NCBI GenBank assembly: GCA_025336685.1
Contig: GCA_025336685.1_4717.1
Origin: Escherichia coli
Lineage (GTDB): Bacteria > Pseudomonadota > Gammaproteobacteria > Enterobacterales > Enterobacteriaceae
Direction: 5' to 3' (one strand)
DNA: 64,000 nucleotides
The notes under the pieces are model-generated. The model had not been told where the DNA came from. It worked only from the letters and a program-made list of their open reading frames with translations, and searched no databases. This document shows, piece after piece, positions 28,830 to 40,810 of this stretch (the first letter of the stretch is position 1; each line of letters starts with the position of its first letter). The position numbers and the translations under genes were made by a program.

Positions 28830-29304
28830 GGGCAACTCCTTTGTTTTTCGTGTAATAGCACCAACGTTGATACAACGCATGTTTATTCGTTGTAATCCCA
28901 AATTTAACAACAACGTCGTATGTGATAATATTCCAATTTTGGGTAACGTTAAGTCGTTCCGCGATAAACGCGATAATCGCTTCCCGTTCTTGCTTGGTTA
29001 ACGCACGACGAATTCCATTAAGTCGTATAAACTGACGAACCGAGTCATACGAACGGTTTAAATCATACGCAATCTCTCGCAATGATTTTTGTTTGATTAC
29101 AGACTTGATGTACGTTCGTTCCGCTTCCGTATACGGCCGATGCTTCTGACGTTGACGTATTCCCAAGCGTCCTAGACGCGCGTCGACGCTAGCGCGTGTT
29201 CGTCCTGCCTGTTGCGCGATTTCATCAATCGTCAGCGACGTGTTCAAATACAGATGCGTAACATCTTTCAGCTCGTCGTCACGCCATGGTTGAGATCGTC
29301 TCAT
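28801..29304 (-). CDS. Myb/SANT-like DNA-binding protein, paralog 4
   Basis: QPWRDDELKDV...IAQQAGRTRASVDARL...LREIAYDLNRSYDSV; AGAGGAG SD. Confidence 0.5.
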   Translation of the reverse strand: MRRSQPWRDDELKDVTHLYLNTSLTIDEIAQQAGRTRASVDARLGRLGIRQRQKHRPYTEAERTYIKSVIKQKSLREIAYDLNRSYDSVRQFIRLNGIRRALTKQEREAIIAFIAERLNVTQNWNIITYDVVVKFGITTNKHALYQRWCYYTKNKGVAHAQVSSLDR

Positions 29305-29782
29305 CTTGGACTCCTCTTTTCTTTCTATGATGCCACCAACGCTGATAGACAGCTTGCTTCGTCCGCGTTATACCAAAATGCGCATTAACCCGTTCAGCGA
29401 TATGGTACCAATCCTGCGTTTCTTCTAACAACGCATCAACGAAAGCTATGAAGATCTTAGTATCATCCTCGCTTAACCGCTTGAAACCATGGCGGTGTGC
29501 TATTGTTCGAATACTGTTTGGATCTCTGTTTAAATCGCGTGCGAGCTGTTTGTAACTTTTGTGCTTACAGTGTAGTCTGATATGTTCCAATTCGTCGGCG
29601 CTGAAACGTTTATGTGGTTTACGGCGTTCAACGTTTAAGTGCATCAACCTCGATTTAATTGCACCGTACGTTGTTTCCATGATTTCTGCGATTTCACGGA
29701 TTTTTAATTTCGGGTGACGGTAGTACAATTTCAACAACTGTTCATCGTACTCACGATTCCATCGTCGTACTGGAGGTTTCAC
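29279..29782 (-). CDS. Myb/SANT-like DNA-binding protein, paralog 3
   Basis: RRWNREYDEQLL...IAEIMETTYGAI...LARDLNRDPNSI; GTG start 2 nt after the upstream stop. Confidence 0.45.
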   Translation of the reverse strand: MKPPVRRWNREYDEQLLKLYYRHPKLKIREIAEIMETTYGAIKSRLMHLNVERRKPHKRFSADELEHIRLHCKHKSYKQLARDLNRDPNSIRTIAHRHGFKRLSEDDTKIFIAFVDALLEETQDWYHIAERVNAHFGITRTKQAVYQRWWHHRKKRGVQDETISTMA

Positions 29783-29784
29783 AA

Positions 29785-30264
29785 CTAGATTTCTCCTGTT
29801 CTACGCGTTTTTAATGCTTGAGTGTAGTAGAGTGTATGAACACCACTTAACGTGTAATGGGTGTTAAATTCGTTATTGATGATATTCTGTATTCTCTCCC
29901 AGGTTCTGTTCTCTTTTCTAAGCGCATGTATTCGGTGATAAATCATCTCTCGACGTTGCGCTTTGCAAGCAACAATACCGTAACGGTAGCAGAGTTTAGC
30001 GATTGCGTCCACGCTACGATTGAACATTACCGCGGCTTCTTTCACGCTGTGCGTCTTGAGATAATCGGCTAACATCACGCGTTCTTCGAAACAACAATAG
30101 CGATGACGCGACATGAGTTTCCAGCGCTTGCGATTACGGTTAATTCGACCTTGAACCGAACCTTCTGTTCGACCAAGCCGTTCCGCAATCTCTTGCATCG
30201 GTATACCGTTTCGGTACAGGGTAATCAACATCGCATCTTCTTCGGGTGTCCAGTCCTTGACCAT
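29785..30264 (-). CDS. Myb/SANT-like DNA-binding protein, paralog 2
   Basis: WTPEEDAMLITLYRNGIPMQEIAERLGRTEGSVQGRINRNRKRW: near-canonical Myb repeat with three spaced Trp. Confidence 0.55.
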   Translation of the reverse strand: MVKDWTPEEDAMLITLYRNGIPMQEIAERLGRTEGSVQGRINRNRKRWKLMSRHRYCCFEERVMLADYLKTHSVKEAAVMFNRSVDAIAKLCYRYGIVACKAQRREMIYHRIHALRKENRTWERIQNIINNEFNTHYTLSGVHTLYYTQALKTRRTGEI

Positions 30265-30276
30265 AGTACCACCCCA

Positions 30277-32940
<2,664 letters not shown>

Positions 32941-32999
32941 ATTGTCGTTTCCTCCATACGAAACCAAAAAATTGTCAAAATGTACATCGGCATAACACC

Positions 33000-33027
33000 C
33001 GTGTCCGCCCGCGATGGGAGGGACACG
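33000..33027 (-). terminator. terminator-like hairpin
   Basis: CGTGTCC...GGACACG outer stem with inner CCC/GGG pairing, between the 210-aa gene and the membrane-protein gene. Confidence 0.45.
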
Positions 33028-33047
33028 AGCAATACGCTTTTATTTCT

Positions 33048-33680
33048 TCAAGACTTCACAACACATTCGACTTCGTCGTTCATATAGGCTTCGTATAAAG
33101 ACAGCACTTCCTTCATTTTAATTTCAGGTAGCGCGACGGAACGAATCGCTTTCAGGATATTCCGTGTTTGATGGTGTTTAGCCTTCGCCTCACGCAGTTT
33201 ACAGAATTGACGGATACAGGTATTAACTTTACCGCCTTCCGCACGTTCGAGGGCGACATGCAGTTTCAGATCCAGTAATACTTCCGTGAGTTCCTGGGTG
33301 GCAGGATCGTTACGAATAAGTCGCACCGTCCGTTCATCCGGATTCAGCATCGTAAGGTACTGAAGCTTGATCTGCTCGGGTACGGGTTTCGTGTTCATCA
33401 TGATGGTGTCAAACTGTTCCTTAACATCCAACTCATTGAACACATAACGTTCGATGTGTACGACGTGCGCTTTTCCTGACTCACCGTAAACCGCCATCGC
33501 ACGATAGTCATCGAACAACACGACATACATCAGATCTTGTTCCGGTCCGGTGGTACCATCGATGAGCTTCGGTGCATACTCCTTAAAGAAGCCGCAACGA
33601 ACCGCTTCATCCGGCATGATCGTCCACGCTTTAACGGGTTGCTTTACGAGTTCCATGTAACACCTCATCAAGATTATCAC
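33048..33680 (-). CDS. hypothetical protein (210 aa)
   Basis: ORF, no motif. Confidence 0.45.
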   Translation of the reverse strand: MIILMRCYMELVKQPVKAWTIMPDEAVRCGFFKEYAPKLIDGTTGPEQDLMYVVLFDDYRAMAVYGESGKAHVVHIERYVFNELDVKEQFDTIMMNTKPVPEQIKLQYLTMLNPDERTVRLIRNDPATQELTEVLLDLKLHVALERAEGGKVNTCIRQFCKLREAKAKHHQTRNILKAIRSVALPEIKMKEVLSLYEAYMNDEVECVVKS

Positions 33681-33951
33681 TTACACCTGGCGGTACCACG
33701 ATACCGGTACGAATCACAGCAGCAACTTCCTGCATGCCTTTACCCTTCAACGCATATGTTTCATGTACCACATTACGTCGAGTCGTTAATCCAACAAATT
33801 TACATACCACCATGTTGTTTTCTGAAAGATAAGCGGTGTCGAGTTCACCGTGCAACAATTCTTTTTCTTTGGTATCAATGCCTAATAACGCAATTTGATA
33901 AGCAGAAAGTTTCCAATAACGCATGTTATCACCCAAACTGTTAAGAAGCAT
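33631..33951 (-). CDS. hypothetical protein (106 aa)
   Basis: ORF overlapping its neighbours by 50 and 11 nt; start uncertain. Confidence 0.35.
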   Translation of the reverse strand: MLLNSLGDNMRYWKLSAYQIALLGIDTKEKELLHGELDTAYLSENNMVVCKFVGLTTRRNVVHETYALKGKGMQEVAAVIRTGIVVPPGVSDNLDEVLHGTRKATR

Positions 33952-34357
33952 CCTGTTTAATGTTGATGACTATTTCCGTTCGAACCGGATTGGTCAGTAC
34001 GGCCTGCATGCGTTCAAGCATCATTGGGTTATCCGTAACTACCACATCGGCGTAACACATTGGATGACTTTCGAACGCTTCGGTGTCGCTTACTAACAGA
34101 ACACCCATCACATTTACGTATTGCGGTATGCGACCACGAATGCGTTGCCACATGTCTTGAGTAAGGTCTTCGCTTTCTAACGCAACCACGACAACAGGAC
34201 TGATATTTACCGGGAAACGCGGATGTACCGTGCGGCGAAACGTTATCCAGCTTTCGATGTGGGATAATGCAAGTTCGAGAGAACAACATTTTGGAGAAAT
34301 CTGTATGTTTATTTGCTGAATCAATGAAAGGGGGTTTTGTACAGTCTCTTCAGCCAT
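33941..34357 (-). CDS. hypothetical protein (138 aa)
   Basis: ORF, no motif. Confidence 0.4.
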   Translation of the reverse strand: MAEETVQNPLSLIQQINIQISPKCCSLELALSHIESWITFRRTVHPRFPVNISPVVVVALESEDLTQDMWQRIRGRIPQYVNVMGVLLVSDTEAFESHPMCYADVVVTDNPMMLERMQAVLTNPVRTEIVINIKQDAS

Positions 34358-35335
34358 TTACTTTTTCCTGAAAATCAATGTCGGTAAGCCGTTTCTTACA
34401 GCATAATACAACACTAAGAGGTTAATCTTGCCTGCGGATACCGTAAGCATTTTACGACGACGTGGTAAACTAACCGGTACGGTAGATGCCATCGTCGCAC
34501 TGTTCTTGAACGTTTGGGAATAACGTCGCAGCGACGCTTCACCTAACAACGGAAGGAAAAGATCCTCGGTAAGAATATCATCGCAGATATACGTAATCGC
34601 AAGTAACGACGGATTCCACTCGTTCAGGAACTCGAAAATCTCGTTTGCGATACCCAGTGCGTTATTGGGAAGCGGAACCTCACGAACGTATTTCTGATTG
34701 CCTTTATCCAGCAGGATTCTCGACATACAGTAGTCGTGGATTATACCCGCAACGTCATCCGCTGTCTCAGCATTCTGCATCAATGCTTGCGCTTCTTCCC
34801 AAGCCAGCTGACGTTTTGTTTCGTAATAGGTTGGTTTCAAAACCGCGTAAAAATCATGGATTAAACGACCAACGTCGCCACGGGTTTTCTCAGCCAGCGC
34901 GATTGCGTACGCTTTCTTCTCCGCATCCGTTAAGATCTGATTACGCCACAGTTCATATTCGTCTAACAGCTCGGTGTATTTGGCGGTCCAGTCAGAGGAA
35001 AGATAATAACCGATGCTATCAATCAACGCCTTCGTTAAAACACCCAGACGTTCGCGTCTCGGATCGACCGACGGCTCATAGACGAAAGGCAGCTTCGGTT
35101 TTTCAAAACCGCTGGCTACGACGGTATCTGAAAAAGCGTTCGCGAAAACACCCATCGGTTTCCATGACGTGAGGAGATCCTGATACAGCATCGGATGAAC
35201 GTTATTAATCGCTGTGAATTTATCGTCGAAAAGACTCACGCTTGGATGTTCGGCATTCGCAAGTTCAAAATAAATTATTTCGAGCAACGCCTTTACCGCA
35301 TCGCGTGTCTTATCGATAGGGCCAACAGAAGCCAT
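34358..35335 (-). CDS. hypothetical protein (325 aa)
   Basis: ORF, no motif. Confidence 0.45.
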   Translation of the reverse strand: MASVGPIDKTRDAVKALLEIIYFELANAEHPSVSLFDDKFTAINNVHPMLYQDLLTSWKPMGVFANAFSDTVVASGFEKPKLPFVYEPSVDPRRERLGVLTKALIDSIGYYLSSDWTAKYTELLDEYELWRNQILTDAEKKAYAIALAEKTRGDVGRLIHDFYAVLKPTYYETKRQLAWEEAQALMQNAETADDVAGIIHDYCMSRILLDKGNQKYVREVPLPNNALGIANEIFEFLNEWNPSLLAITYICDDILTEDLFLPLLGEASLRRYSQTFKNSATMASTVPVSLPRRRKMLTVSAGKINLLVLYYAVRNGLPTLIFRKK

Positions 35336-35349
35336 GTAAAATATCCTCG

Positions 35350-35616
35350 TTAAAAAGTACCCATGATCGATAGGGCAATATGGTCTTTATTCGCACGCGC
35401 TTGTAACGACATATCGAGACCGCTTTTCTTAATATGCCAACGTGCCACCAGTTCCGGTTGGTCAACGGAATACAACCCTTCTCGATGTTGATTCAACCAT
35501 TTAGCAATCGGATGCAATTTATCGGGATTGACCACACCCAATTCCAAGCCGCCAGGTGTTAATGGTTTAGAATAAAAGTCAAGTGCGTTCCGTAAAAAGT
35601 CATCCTCGATGTTCAT
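35350..35616 (-). CDS. hypothetical protein (88 aa)
   Basis: ORF; ATGA overlap with the upstream small ORF. Confidence 0.4.
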   Translation of the reverse strand: MNIEDDFLRNALDFYSKPLTPGGLELGVVNPDKLHPIAKWLNQHREGLYSVDQPELVARWHIKKSGLDMSLQARANKDHIALSIMGTF

Positions 35617-35729
35617 CGTAGCATACCTACCATGCCAATTACAGCAAACAGTACGCCGACGGCGCTATACGCAAGCAGCGCTTTAGCAACCCAAGATTTT
35701 ATTTCCGTAAGCTCGTCATTATTTACCAT
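35613..35729 (-). CDS. small hydrophobic protein (38 aa), below the ORF-track size cut-off
   Basis: ATG at 35727-35729 preceded by GGGGTGAGAT; encodes a single TM-like segment (SAVGVLFAVIGMVGML); stop overlaps the next start (ATGA). Confidence 0.35.
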   Translation of the reverse strand: MVNNDELTEIKSWVAKALLAYSAVGVLFAVIGMVGMLR

Positions 35730-35780
35730 ATCTCACCCCGTTATGTTATTGTCTGATCTCATACCTTTACCTAAGCGTAT

Positions 35781-35799
35781 CCCCGCCATTAAGACGGGG
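35781..35799 (-). terminator. short hairpin, possible terminator
   Basis: CCCCG-CCATTAAGA-CGGGG downstream of the 124-aa gene; weak U-tract. Confidence 0.35.
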
Positions 35800-35805
35800 T
35801 GCTTA

Positions 35806-36180
35806 TCACCAGAGACGATTACCTTCCTCGTCCCACCAAGCAAACGCTTGTGTCGACCCAAATGCGTTAGGGCGTAATGCCATGCCCTTACGGTCAACGA
35901 TTAACCGCAACTCAGTACCGAACCATTCAATCGAGATAAACAAACCCTTCCGAATGATTGCTTGATAACCTGATAGCCGTTCAAAGAGTCGTTGAAAATT
36001 CTCATCATGTTCACACGACACTAATGCTTCTGAATAGCGCCGCATCGATCTTGCGTCAGCGGGTAAACGTGTTTTACAGTCCCACCATAACACAGCGTAC
36101 ATCAATGCGGCATTACGCAATCGTAGTGATTGAACCGGTGTTAATTGTCGTCCTTCAACATCGTCGATGATAACGTACAT
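35806..36180 (-). CDS. hypothetical protein (124 aa)
   Basis: ORF, no motif. Confidence 0.4.
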   Translation of the reverse strand: MYVIIDDVEGRQLTPVQSLRLRNAALMYAVLWWDCKTRLPADARSMRRYSEALVSCEHDENFQRLFERLSGYQAIIRKGLFISIEWFGTELRLIVDRKGMALRPNAFGSTQAFAWWDEEGNRLW

Positions 36181-36413
36181 TGCGTCTTATTCCGCGTTTG
36201 TTTCCTTAACATGGACACATTCCGCATCGATCGTCACACCGGTAGAACGATGGGTCTCGTTGGGAGAATCAAATCCGCTATTGAACAACATAGCGAACGT
36301 GTTATTATCCATACGAGCAAAGGTCTCCGCAATACGATCGGGATGAAAATCGGTGCGGTTGATGGTCGATTTCACAAAAACTCCTATAAACAATTTAATT
36401 ATTGGTATTAAGA

Positions 36414-36899
36414 TTAAAGCAGGATCTGCGGACAGCAACATGATTCGTAACCACCTTCATGCGGTAACGTATTGCTGGTGTCAGGCCAGACAAGCTGAAT
36501 GCCCGCAACTTTTTTACCATATCGAGCGACAGCAGCTATCGCATACACTTCATTGAAGGATTCAATATCTTCAATTTCGCGTACGTCGAGACGCAACGTT
36601 TCGCCTGTACCCTTCAAAGTCAGATTGCCGTCGAACGCACCTAACGGGATGGTCTTTGCCTTCACCATGAAGTTACCCAGCTTGTTGATTGCTGAACCAA
36701 GGGCAGGGCAGTAACCGGACACGAAGATTTCCGGCATCCCATGTTCGGTTAGACCAACAGTATACATAAAGCCGGGCTCGTCGCTTCCCTCATCAGGAGC
36801 GACACCGACAATAGCCCACTGCTTTTTCTCGATATATTCTTCGACAAAATCGTCCAGTTTTGAAAAATTGTTTTCATTAAGTTTAACTGTGTTACTCAT
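36414..36899 (-). CDS. hypothetical protein (161 aa)
   Basis: ORF, no confident motif. Confidence 0.4.
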   Translation of the reverse strand: MSNTVKLNENNFSKLDDFVEEYIEKKQWAIVGVAPDEGSDEPGFMYTVGLTEHGMPEIFVSGYCPALGSAINKLGNFMVKAKTIPLGAFDGNLTLKGTGETLRLDVREIEDIESFNEVYAIAAVARYGKKVAGIQLVWPDTSNTLPHEGGYESCCCPQILL

Positions 36900-37173
36900 G
36901 TTCTTTATCCTTTAATGCGTTTTCTAACCAACGGACATAACTTTCACGATAAATATGAATATGTCTTTTACCGTCGCGAAAGTTAGGGTCAATAAGATGA
37001 ATCGCAGCATGGGTTGAGGTAGCCGCATGCTGCAAATGTTTTCGTGTTAATCGTCCACGTTTTACCCAGCGTTGAATATACCGTGCGTCTGCTGCAAGAC
37101 AGGTATGTTCATCGATGAAAGGCACCAATACCTGAACGATGCTACCGTAATACACCATCGAACTGTTGAACAT
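36892..37173 (-). CDS. hypothetical protein (93 aa)
   Basis: ORF, no motif. Confidence 0.4.
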   Translation of the reverse strand: MFNSSMVYYGSIVQVLVPFIDEHTCLAADARYIQRWVKRGRLTRKHLQHAATSTHAAIHLIDPNFRDGKRHIHIYRESYVRWLENALKDKEHE

Positions 37174-37203
37174 CTGCGTCTCCGTGCAAATGGATGGGGC
37201 GGA

Positions 37204-37512
37204 TTAGTGAAGAATTACTGTTTGCGATCCGTTCTCGTATTCAGCAAGTAACTCGTCGTACCGACGATCAACTGTCTTGATCGCATTATCAATCTCCGAC
37301 ATGTCTGATGCCGTAGATCGTTTCGCTTCCAGTCGATATACTAACGCATCACGCATACCCTCGGCTGCAGCGAGTTCACAGGTTGCTTGATGTTTATTAT
37401 CCGAAAAGACGAAGAACGGTTTGTTTTCTTCATCAGCCAAGAAGTAGTCACGAATCGCAACCAACCTTTCTTCTGGAACCAGTTCACAATTGTTTTCGTT
37501 CATTTTCATCAT
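37204..37512 (-). CDS. hypothetical protein (102 aa)
   Basis: ORF, no motif. Confidence 0.4.
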   Translation of the reverse strand: MMKMNENNCELVPEERLVAIRDYFLADEENKPFFVFSDNKHQATCELAAAEGMRDALVYRLEAKRSTASDMSEIDNAIKTVDRRYDELLAEYENGSQTVILH

Positions 37513-37517
37513 CTCTC

Positions 37518-37844
37518 TTAAAGTTTTAACGTATTGACGCCGCTTATAAAGGCGTTGATTTCATTGTCGATGTTACCGGTTTGTTCGATAATCTTCTCCA
37601 CCATCAATCTTGGTTTGTTGTATGCGATACATACAGCATCGGGACCATTTCCATACATGCTAGCGACGTAAATCCGAAGTTCTTTTAAACGATCGAGTAA
37701 CAACTGTGTGACATCCAGAACTTCTTCTGTGGCGGTCCGTGTGTTACAATCGCGTAACTTATGCTCTAACAGTGACGTCGCGGCATCGAGCATGGATGTG
37801 TATTTACGGTAGTTATAGATATCAATCATGGCTGTCTGATTCAT
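37518..37844 (-). CDS. hypothetical protein (108 aa)
   Basis: ORF, no motif. Confidence 0.4.
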   Translation of the reverse strand: MNQTAMIDIYNYRKYTSMLDAATSLLEHKLRDCNTRTATEEVLDVTQLLLDRLKELRIYVASMYGNGPDAVCIAYNKPRLMVEKIIEQTGNIDNEINAFISGVNTLKL

Positions 37845-37855
37845 ACATACGTTAC

Positions 37856-38515
37856 TTATTTGTCAGGGTCTGGAAAATAGTAATATCGCCAATACAACAT
37901 AGCAATCGCATTTCTTATTCGACGCGCCTCGAAACGACGGCCGAGAAAGGACTTGTAACAAGAATCGCGAACCATAAACAACTCATGGCTCGATATCATC
38001 AGAACCACGATCTCTCTTATATACGAATTGCAGCACTCGATAAACGGATCTGTATCGTACGTATATTTCCTGGCACTACCTATCCCCAACTCTCTATTTA
38101 ACTCACGACAGTTTATCAAAGACTTCGCACAACTGATAAGCCGGACGAAGTCCCGTAAATTGCGGCGAAAGCAAAAATGTCGCCAGGTTCTTAGTGCGTT
38201 ATGTAGCGGACCTAGGATATCTATTCCGATTTTTACAATGTCCGCATCTTTCTTTAATACTTTTTTGTAATACTTCCTATCGTTCGATAATCCATTAAAC
38301 TCATAATTACAATTATATAGCTTATTCGTGCATTCAACCATCTCGTCGATGTATGATAAGAAGTAGTCCACTAATCTAACTGCTTTGTTATCGTCGTACT
38401 GTTCAGTCAGCAGGCGAAGCTGGAGTAGTCGTTTTCGGAAGCGGCGAATACGCCATTGCCACCAAAACCATCGAATATCCCGAATAGGTTTTACTGTCTC
38501 TGTATTAGAGTTCAT
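37856..38515 (-). CDS. hypothetical protein (219 aa), AT-rich block
   Basis: ORF in a lower-GC segment; Trp/Arg-rich N-terminus. Confidence 0.4.
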   Translation of the reverse strand: MNSNTETVKPIRDIRWFWWQWRIRRFRKRLLQLRLLTEQYDDNKAVRLVDYFLSYIDEMVECTNKLYNCNYEFNGLSNDRKYYKKVLKKDADIVKIGIDILGPLHNALRTWRHFCFRRNLRDFVRLISCAKSLINCRELNRELGIGSARKYTYDTDPFIECCNSYIREIVVLMISSHELFMVRDSCYKSFLGRRFEARRIRNAIAMLYWRYYYFPDPDK

Positions 38516-39149
38516 CGTTATTGATACCCTCTATTAGTTGTACCGCAACCTCTCTTTCGGTGTTGTAAAAGAACTTGCGATGGAACCGAACAAGAAGCCT
38601 TTCAAATTTACGTTGCACGATCTTTTTGCGTTCGATATGGCCCAGGGAGAGCAAAGCACCCATGCAACGTACCGCCTGTTCAAGAACTTGTTTCGCGGTA
38701 TCATGATCATCCGGCAACGGTAAATCTTCTTCGTCGTCTTTAGCGATAAGACGTCTAATGATGTTATCGATGCGTATCTCATCGCCGTTAATAAAAGCAC
38801 CTTTCTCCCATTCATCAAACCGTTGATGGATTTGACGTTGTAGGTTGGCCCTATCTTCCGTTAACTCTTTCAACTGGTTTTCTAAGTTGAATACGGTACG
38901 GCGATCTGTTTCAGTGAATCTTTCCGACTCTTTATACCACCAATCATTACGTGCCAGTAAATCGTTGACACGCGATACCATCCGACGACATTCACCAACA
39001 AGTCCATCACCATTCGGTAACTCTGTGCCGAAATAACATTTGTATTTATAACGCGTAACACGGATTAAACGTTTCGCTAGAAAACCTTGTTTTTCCAGTT
39101 TCTTCTTCAGCTGTATGTATTTCTCTTCTTTTGTTTCCATTAATTCCAT
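38505..39149 (-). CDS. hypothetical protein (214 aa), AT-rich block
   Basis: ORF, no motif. Confidence 0.4.
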   Translation of the reverse strand: MELMETKEEKYIQLKKKLEKQGFLAKRLIRVTRYKYKCYFGTELPNGDGLVGECRRMVSRVNDLLARNDWWYKESERFTETDRRTVFNLENQLKELTEDRANLQRQIHQRFDEWEKGAFINGDEIRIDNIIRRLIAKDDEEDLPLPDDHDTAKQVLEQAVRCMGALLSLGHIERKKIVQRKFERLLVRFHRKFFYNTEREVAVQLIEGINNDEL

Positions 39150-39538
39150 GATGTTGTACCTCGTTCAGCAATCAGGAGGGTCGTGGTTGTGCTTTTCACT
39201 AATCTATTAAAGTCTTGATATATCCGCCTGAGGGATGATTTCAAATTGCAATAACGGTTGAAATAAACCTTCAGGTCATCTTTTGTCACCGTCTCCGTAT
39301 TTATTTTCGTAGAAACACCGAGATCGATAAACTCTTTTCTTAATTGGGATAATTCGTCAAGAAGTCGATGATGGCTTAGATAAATAATAGATTTATCGGA
39401 TAACAACTCGCCGGTTATCCGGCTCTGGCGTTCATCGAGATATTGGAGCCGCCATTCAATTCGCTTACGTAATTTATCAAGTAAATCAACAAAAGCGGTA
39501 TAGCTGTTAACGGCTAGGTTAACTTGACTCGCTATCAT
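39140..39538 (-). CDS. hypothetical protein (132 aa), AT-rich block
   Basis: ORF, no motif. Confidence 0.4.
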   Translation of the reverse strand: MIASQVNLAVNSYTAFVDLLDKLRKRIEWRLQYLDERQSRITGELLSDKSIIYLSHHRLLDELSQLRKEFIDLGVSTKINTETVTKDDLKVYFNRYCNLKSSLRRIYQDFNRLVKSTTTTLLIAERGTTSWN

Positions 39539-39885
39539 TCCACATTCTCCGTTATATGCTTTAAACTGTTACGTATACTTCTCAATCGATGGTTAAATCC
39601 GGAACGATAACATTTCCGTTCAAACCGTGCCGCTCGCGATTTATTCGCCTGATGAAGCTGTTCGTTCACCTGCGACGCTATACGTAAACGCCGCAATAAA
39701 GACCTCAGCCGAACGACAACCAACGGCTGTTCTTTTACCTTCTCTAGTTTGAGTAAATCGTCAATACGAAACTTTATTTCGATAATCTGATTCCTGTTTT
39801 TGCGGTACTGATGAATATACCAACATCGACGAAAATAGGCGATGCTAAACATAGGGTAGGTCCTTTTCAACGCCACCTCCAACAA
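39535..39885 (-). CDS. hypothetical protein (116 aa), AT-rich block
   Basis: ORF, basic, no motif. Confidence 0.4.
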   Translation of the reverse strand: MLEVALKRTYPMFSIAYFRRCWYIHQYRKNRNQIIEIKFRIDDLLKLEKVKEQPLVVVRLRSLLRRLRIASQVNEQLHQANKSRAARFERKCYRSGFNHRLRSIRNSLKHITENVE

Positions 39886-40070
39886 TAAAACGGATTAGGT
39901 GCTTTATGGTATTTATAAATACCCACTTTCTTCCGTCTGCCTTTACCCGGTCCTCGTTTAATACGTTTGTTATAAACACGACCCAAATATCGAGTGACGA
40001 TAGATCGGGATAAATACATCGGATCGATATAATCCAGAGTACCCGCTTCTGTTTCTTCGAGACATTGCAT
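39867..40070 (-). CDS. small basic protein with KRGPGKGRRKK motif
   Basis: Paralog of the 21512..21721 product (DYxD...RxxxxKRGPGKGRR). Confidence 0.4.
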   Translation of the reverse strand: MQCLEETEAGTLDYIDPMYLSRSIVTRYLGRVYNKRIKRGPGKGRRKKVGIYKYHKAPNPFYCWRWR

Positions 40071-40096
40071 ACGTAACTCCTCTTTCCTCTAAGAAG

Positions 40097-40300
40097 TCAA
40101 TCCAGCATAAGCCATGGCATCGCTTTCGCGATAGAATCCACCGCAGCATTTGCTATCCTTCGTTCAGTCGTTGGTACCACATGCGCCACGAACCGTTTCC
40201 CTTTATTGCAACCTTTCTTGTGTTTTCCTTTGACCAAACGAACACCAATCATGTCGTTGATAACATGATTTAGTATGTGGCGCTGTAGAGAATTAATCAT
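40097..40300 (-). CDS. small basic protein with HKKGCNKGKR motif
   Basis: Same family; first ATG at 40298-40300 (ORF track starts at GTG 40303). Confidence 0.4.
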   Translation of the reverse strand: MINSLQRHILNHVINDMIGVRLVKGKHKKGCNKGKRFVAHVVPTTERRIANAAVDSIAKAMPWLMLD

Positions 40301-40439
40301 CACTTTTACTCCAGGCAGAGAAGATTCTTGGTTTTAGTTCTATCTGTCCGCATATCCAGGTGTATCTCCATTTACCTTTACGAGGACCTTTCTTATTTTT
40401 AACACCTATCAGAATACGATAAGGGTATGACCAAGCCAT
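40293..40439 (-). CDS. small basic protein (48 aa) with NKKGPRKGKW motif, below the ORF-track cut-off
   Basis: ATG 40437-40439 preceded by AGGAG with 6-nt spacing; stop overlaps the next gene start; same KKGPxKGK motif. Confidence 0.4.
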   Translation of the reverse strand: MAWSYPYRILIGVKNKKGPRKGKWRYTWICGQIELKPRIFSAWSKSDD

Positions 40440-40469
40440 TCTAAACTCCTAAAATAAATCTCGATATTC

Positions 40470-40796
40470 TTAATGCAATTGCTTCTTAAAACCTAATTTA
40501 AGAAGCGTCATTCTCTTGTCGATGGTATCTAAGGCTTCCAGCAAGGATTTACGCTGCTCCTTTGTAAGCATATCGACGCGTAGACGTTCGTTAATTTCTG
40601 CTTTAAGTTGTATAGGAAGGGTTTGTGTAAGTATGCTATCAGCCTCCATCTCGTAACTATTTTTCGGTATGGGTAATGCTTCAGTAACGCCAGTGAGATA
40701 AAAACCGATAATGGTTACTCGTTTATCCATTGCTTCTAACAGTTCAGAACTTACTTCATCCACGATAGTTCTCCGTATTAGGGTGGGCGTACCCAC
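40470..40796 (-). CDS. hypothetical protein (108 aa)
   Basis: ORF immediately upstream of thyA exon 2. Confidence 0.4.
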   Translation of the reverse strand: MGTPTLIRRTIVDEVSSELLEAMDKRVTIIGFYLTGVTEALPIPKNSYEMEADSILTQTLPIQLKAEINERLRVDMLTKEQRKSLLEALDTIDKRMTLLKLGFKKQLH

Positions 40797-40810
40797 CCTC
40801 AGTTGTTAAT

